DNA of 64,000 nucleotides from Candidatus Poribacteria bacterium (GTDB lineage Bacteria; Poribacteria; WGA-4E; PCPOR2b): NCBI GenBank assembly GCA_965215015.1, contig OZ244042.1, positions 928,001 to 992,000 of the forward strand, read 5' to 3'. Shown piece by piece: positions 60,353 to 64,000 of this stretch (position 1 is its first letter; each line of letters starts with the position of its first letter). The notes under the pieces were generated by a model. It saw only the letters and a program-made list of their open reading frames with translations, ran no database searches and was not told where the DNA came from. The position numbers and the translations under genes were made by a program.

Positions 60353-61608
60353 TTGAAGATTGCATATTTCGATTGCTTCTCAGGTATCAGTGGAGACATG
60401 GTGCTCGGTGCCTTGGTCGATGCGGGTGTCGATCCAGACGCGCTGAGCACAGAGCTGGCAAAGTTGAAACTGGACGAATTTTCTCTGCGTTTCGAGAAAA
60501 CCACGAAACACAGCATCAGCGGTACATGGGCAGTTGTGGAAACAGATAATCCGGCTGAGAATTCACATGGGCACAGCGATCCTCCGGTGGTACATCACCA
60601 TCACACCCATGACCACGGCCATGAACATCATGATCACTCGCACACGCACGGCCCAAGCCGCCACCTCTCCGATATTTTCGATATTCTGGACAACAGCGAC
60701 CTTGAAGAAGTAATCATTGATTGTACAAAGCGGATCTTTGATCGATTGGCAGCCGCGGAAGCGAAAGTCCACAATATCTCCAAAGATCAGGTGCACCTGC
60801 ACGAAGTTAGCGGCATTGATGCGATTGTAGATATCGTTGGAGCCGTCACTGGACTACACCTTCTAGAAATCAATAAAATCTACGCCTCTCCGCTATCGCT
60901 TGGAGGCGGCTTTGTCCGGTGTGCTCATGGACTCATGCCTGTCCCTGCACCGGGAACAATGGAGCTGCTGTGCGGAGTGCCCATCCGACAGACCGAAATC
61001 CGAAAAGAGCTGGTAACGCCCACCGGCGCAGCCATTATCACGACACTCGCTGATGGATTCGGTACAATGCCAGAGATGACCATTAATCAAATCGGCTACG
61101 GTGCGGGGACACGCAACCTTGAGGAGCAACCGAATCTCTTACGACTATGTATCGGTAAAAAAAAACTATCGAGCAGGATCAGGTCTACGTGATTGAAACC
61201 AACCTCGACGATATGTCACCAGAGATTGCGGGTTACCTGATGGAGCAGCTATTCGAGCGGGGAGCCCTTGACGTTTTCCTGACACCGATTTTCATGAAAA
61301 AAGGGCGTCCGGCGACAAAGCTAAGTGTCCTTTGTACGCCGATGCTTCGCGATGCACTGAGCGAAATGCTTCTCGTAGAAACGACGACGTTTGGCGTCAG
61401 ATGCTACACCGTTGACCGATTAAAACTCACCCGTGATTTTGTCGATATCCAAATGCGATGGGGAACCGTTCGTGCGAAATGCGGGTATTTGGAGGGACAG
61501 TTAATTAAAACGGCTCCCGAATACGAAGATTGCAAGCGGCTTGCCGAGCAACACGGTGTCCCGCTCAGGGAGATCTATGAAGAAGCTATCCGACAGATGG
61601 GCGAATGA
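60353..61608 (+). CDS. larC: Nickel pincer cofactor nickel insertase LarC, split into LarC1 (60353-61192) and LarC2 (to 61608) by a -1 frameshift
   Basis: YFDCFSGISGDM, His-rich stretch, HLHEV, AHG..PVPAP, ELVTPTGAA. After the A9 run at 61157-61165 the -1 frame gives IETNLDD, MKKGRP, ETTTFGVR, PEYEDC. Confidence 0.93.
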
Positions 61609-61722
61609 GCAAACCGCTGAGTCAAGAGTATCCGGGATTACCTATTGAAACCCGCCCTCCGATTCACTTCGTCCCGTCTGCGATATACTGAATTAGTGAA
61701 CTGTCATAAGGTGCGCGAAATC

Positions 61723-63171
61723 ATGAACTGGAAAGACAAGACACTTTTCATCGGGGATAACCTACACATTATGCGGGGGATGAATAGCGATAGCGTCGAT
61801 CTAATCTACCTCGATCCCCCATTCAATTCTAACCGCAACTATGCCGCCCCCATCGGCAGCAAGGCGGCGGGTGCCGCCTTCAAAGACACCTGGACACTAA
61901 GCGACGTTGACCTCGCCGAACACGGTGAACTCGCCGATCAGGTCCCACCCCTACACACTGTGATACAAGCGGCACGAGAGGTGCATGGGAAGGGGATGCA
62001 GAGCTACCTCATCATGATGTCCACCCGCCTACTGGAGATGAAACGTATCCTGAAAGATACTGGCAGTATCTACCTCCACTGTGATTCGACAGCGAGCCAT
62101 TATCTGAAGCTGGTGATGGATACGGTCTTTGGAAAGAATAACTTGCGGAATGAGGTAATTTGGAAGCGGACATCAGCACACAACGACCCCGGTCGATTCG
62201 GGCGTATTCACGATACCCTCCTTTTCTATGTCAAGGGTCCGGGCGCGACATGGAATCTGCAATATGAAACACACGAAGAAAACTACATTGAAAAATCCTA
62301 CCGACATCAGGATGCTCGTGGACGGTATAGAATTAGCGATCTCACGGGCCCAGGAACGAGTGAAGGGGAATCTGGGCAACCGTGGCGTAGCGTTGACCCT
62401 ACAGACATCGGGCGACATTGGTCTGCACCGCGTACCGGCGTATATTCCAAATATATCGAAAAACATTTCATTCCAAACTACAGACAAATCTACAGTGTAC
62501 ATGACCGCCTGGATGCCCTTGATGAGGCTGATCTTATTTATTGGCCCGACAGGGGAGCAATGCCAAGCATCAAGCGATATTTGGCTGCCAGCCCGGGGCG
62601 CCCGCTGCAAGATATAATCGTTGACATCAATCAGCTTGGGGCACGTGCTAAAGAACGTACCGGCTATCCTACGCAGAAGCCTATCGCCTTGCTAGAGCGC
62701 ATCATCAAAGCTAGTAGCAACCCCGGCGATGTTGTGTTTGACCCATTCTGTGGATGTGCCACGACGTTGGTGGCAGCGGACCGGTTGCAGCGGTCATGGG
62801 TAGGGATTGACATTTCATCGAAGGCGGCGGAGTTGGTGGTAGAACGGATTAAAGCAGATCAAGGCTTATTCCCAGAGATTGTCCACCGCGACGACTACCC
62901 AAAGCGCACGGACATGGGCGATACACCACCAGCACGGACGCATAAGCATACGTTGTTTGGATTACAGGAGGGCTTGTGTGGAGGCTGCGGGATTTTCTTC
63001 CCGTTTCGGAATTTGACGATTGATCACAAGATTCCGAGAAGTAAGGGCGGGACCGACCACTTTGATAACCTTTGGCTGTTGTGTGGGGCTTGCAATTCGA
63101 TGAAAGGGACAGGCACCATCGCGGAGTTGCGGGCGAAACTAAAACAGGGAGCGGGGCTGCACTATGACTAA
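61723..63171 (+). CDS. Beta-class N4/N6 DNA methyltransferase fused to a C-terminal HNH endonuclease
   Basis: GDNL, YLDPPF, YPTQKP, DPFCGCATT; then CGGC...IDHKIPRSKGG...NL..LC..CNSMKG; start MNWKDK at 61723. Confidence 0.9.
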   Translation: MNWKDKTLFIGDNLHIMRGMNSDSVDLIYLDPPFNSNRNYAAPIGSKAAGAAFKDTWTLSDVDLAEHGELADQVPPLHTVIQAAREVHGKGMQSYLIMMSTRLLEMKRILKDTGSIYLHCDSTASHYLKLVMDTVFGKNNLRNEVIWKRTSAHNDPGRFGRIHDTLLFYVKGPGATWNLQYETHEENYIEKSYRHQDARGRYRISDLTGPGTSEGESGQPWRSVDPTDIGRHWSAPRTGVYSKYIEKHFIPNYRQIYSVHDRLDALDEADLIYWPDRGAMPSIKRYLAASPGRPLQDIIVDINQLGARAKERTGYPTQKPIALLERIIKASSNPGDVVFDPFCGCATTLVAADRLQRSWVGIDISSKAAELVVERIKADQGLFPEIVHRDDYPKRTDMGDTPPARTHKHTLFGLQEGLCGGCGIFFPFRNLTIDHKIPRSKGGTDHFDNLWLLCGACNSMKGTGTIAELRAKLKQGAGLHYD

Positions 63172-63379
63172 ATTGAATATTTTCAATTATGCGGGCAAAT
63201 ATGTTTCTACTTCTGTATTAGCCAAAAGCGTTGACATTCATCGCGATGAATTGTTTAATCTGCAGCCGGTCAAGATGCCGGAGGAATTTACAAGAATTAT
63301 GGCAGAGGCTTCCTCATCGTATAGTCAAGGTGCGCGAAATCATGAACTGGAAAGACAAGACACTTTTCATCGGGGATAA
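63164..63379 (+). CDS. Short ORF coupled to the MTase-HNH gene, probably a truncated gene start
   Basis: ATG overlaps the upstream stop; the last 17 codons come from the duplicated MTase start region. Confidence 0.35.
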   Translation: MTKLNIFNYAGKYVSTSVLAKSVDIHRDELFNLQPVKMPEEFTRIMAEASSSYSQGARNHELERQDTFHRG

Positions 63380-64000
63380 CCTACACATTATGCGGGGGAT
63401 GAATAGCGATAGCGTCGATCTAATCTACCTCGATCCCCCATTCAATTCTAACCGCAACTATGCCGCCCCCATCGGCAGCAAGGCGGCGGGTGCCGCCTTC
63501 AAAGACACCTGGACACTAAGCGACGTTGACCTCGCCGAACACGGTGAACTCGCCGATCAGGTCCCACCCCTGCACAGTGTGATACAAGCGACACGAGAGG
63601 TACATGGGAAGGGGATGCAGAGCTACCTCATCATGATGTCTACCCGTCTACTGGAGATGAAACGTATCCTGAAAGATACTGGCAGTATCTACCTCCACTG
63701 TGATTCGACAGCGAGCCATTATCTGAAGCTGGTGATGGATACGATCTTTGGAAAGAATAACTTGCGAAATGAGGTAATTTGGAAGCGGACATCAGCACAC
63801 AACGACCCCGGTCGATTCGGGCGTATTCACGATACCCTCCTTTTCTATGTCAAGGGTCCGGGCGCGACATGGAATCTGCAATATGAAACACACGAAGAAA
63901 ACTACATTGAAAAATCCTACCGACATCAGGATGCTCGTGGACGGTATAGAATTAGCGATCTCACGGGCCCAGGAACGAGTGAAGGGGAATCTGGGCAACC
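63342..64000 (+). CDS. Second copy of the DNA methyltransferase gene (runs off the window)
   Basis: 63327-64000 matches 61708-62381 (offset 1619) with about 8 substitutions; the frame stays open to the window edge. Confidence 0.9.
   Translation, partial: MNWKDKTLFIGDNLHIMRGMNSDSVDLIYLDPPFNSNRNYAAPIGSKAAGAAFKDTWTLSDVDLAEHGELADQVPPLHSVIQATREVHGKGMQSYLIMMSTRLLEMKRILKDTGSIYLHCDSTASHYLKLVMDTIFGKNNLRNEVIWKRTSAHNDPGRFGRIHDTLLFYVKGPGATWNLQYETHEENYIEKSYRHQDARGRYRISDLTGPGTSEGESGQ

Overview
Bacterial chromosomal window of roughly 50% GC. The gene mix (PhyH dioxygenase, Gfo/Idh/MocA, TPR/HEAT proteins, many methyltransferases) suggests a sponge-symbiont lineage such as Poribacteria; this is inference only. 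The housekeeping backbone is hsp20-lon, a giant HEAT-repeat lipoprotein, fused glyQS, phoH-ybeY-corC-tRNA-Pro-recO, purD, pdxJ, gltBD, a divergent citrate-synthase-family gene with icd and mdh, and a split larC with an A9 slippery site. Defence-type modules are inserted between these genes: (1) a single-chain Type IIG R-M enzyme; (2) a Type III R-M locus with one res and two mod genes that differ in their specificity regions, followed by an unannotated HEPN-like plus 998-aa helical protein pair; (3) a TIR-TPR protein fused to a UPF0175 antitoxin-like domain and coupled to a DUF3368 PIN gene; (4) a tandemly duplicated MTase-HNH fusion. Intergenic DNA is rich in several MITE/REP-like families. 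One short palindrome has replaced the anticodon arm of a decaying tRNA-Pro duplicate. No CRISPR array, rRNA or intact transposase was seen. All protein calls come from motif recognition by eye, not from database searches.
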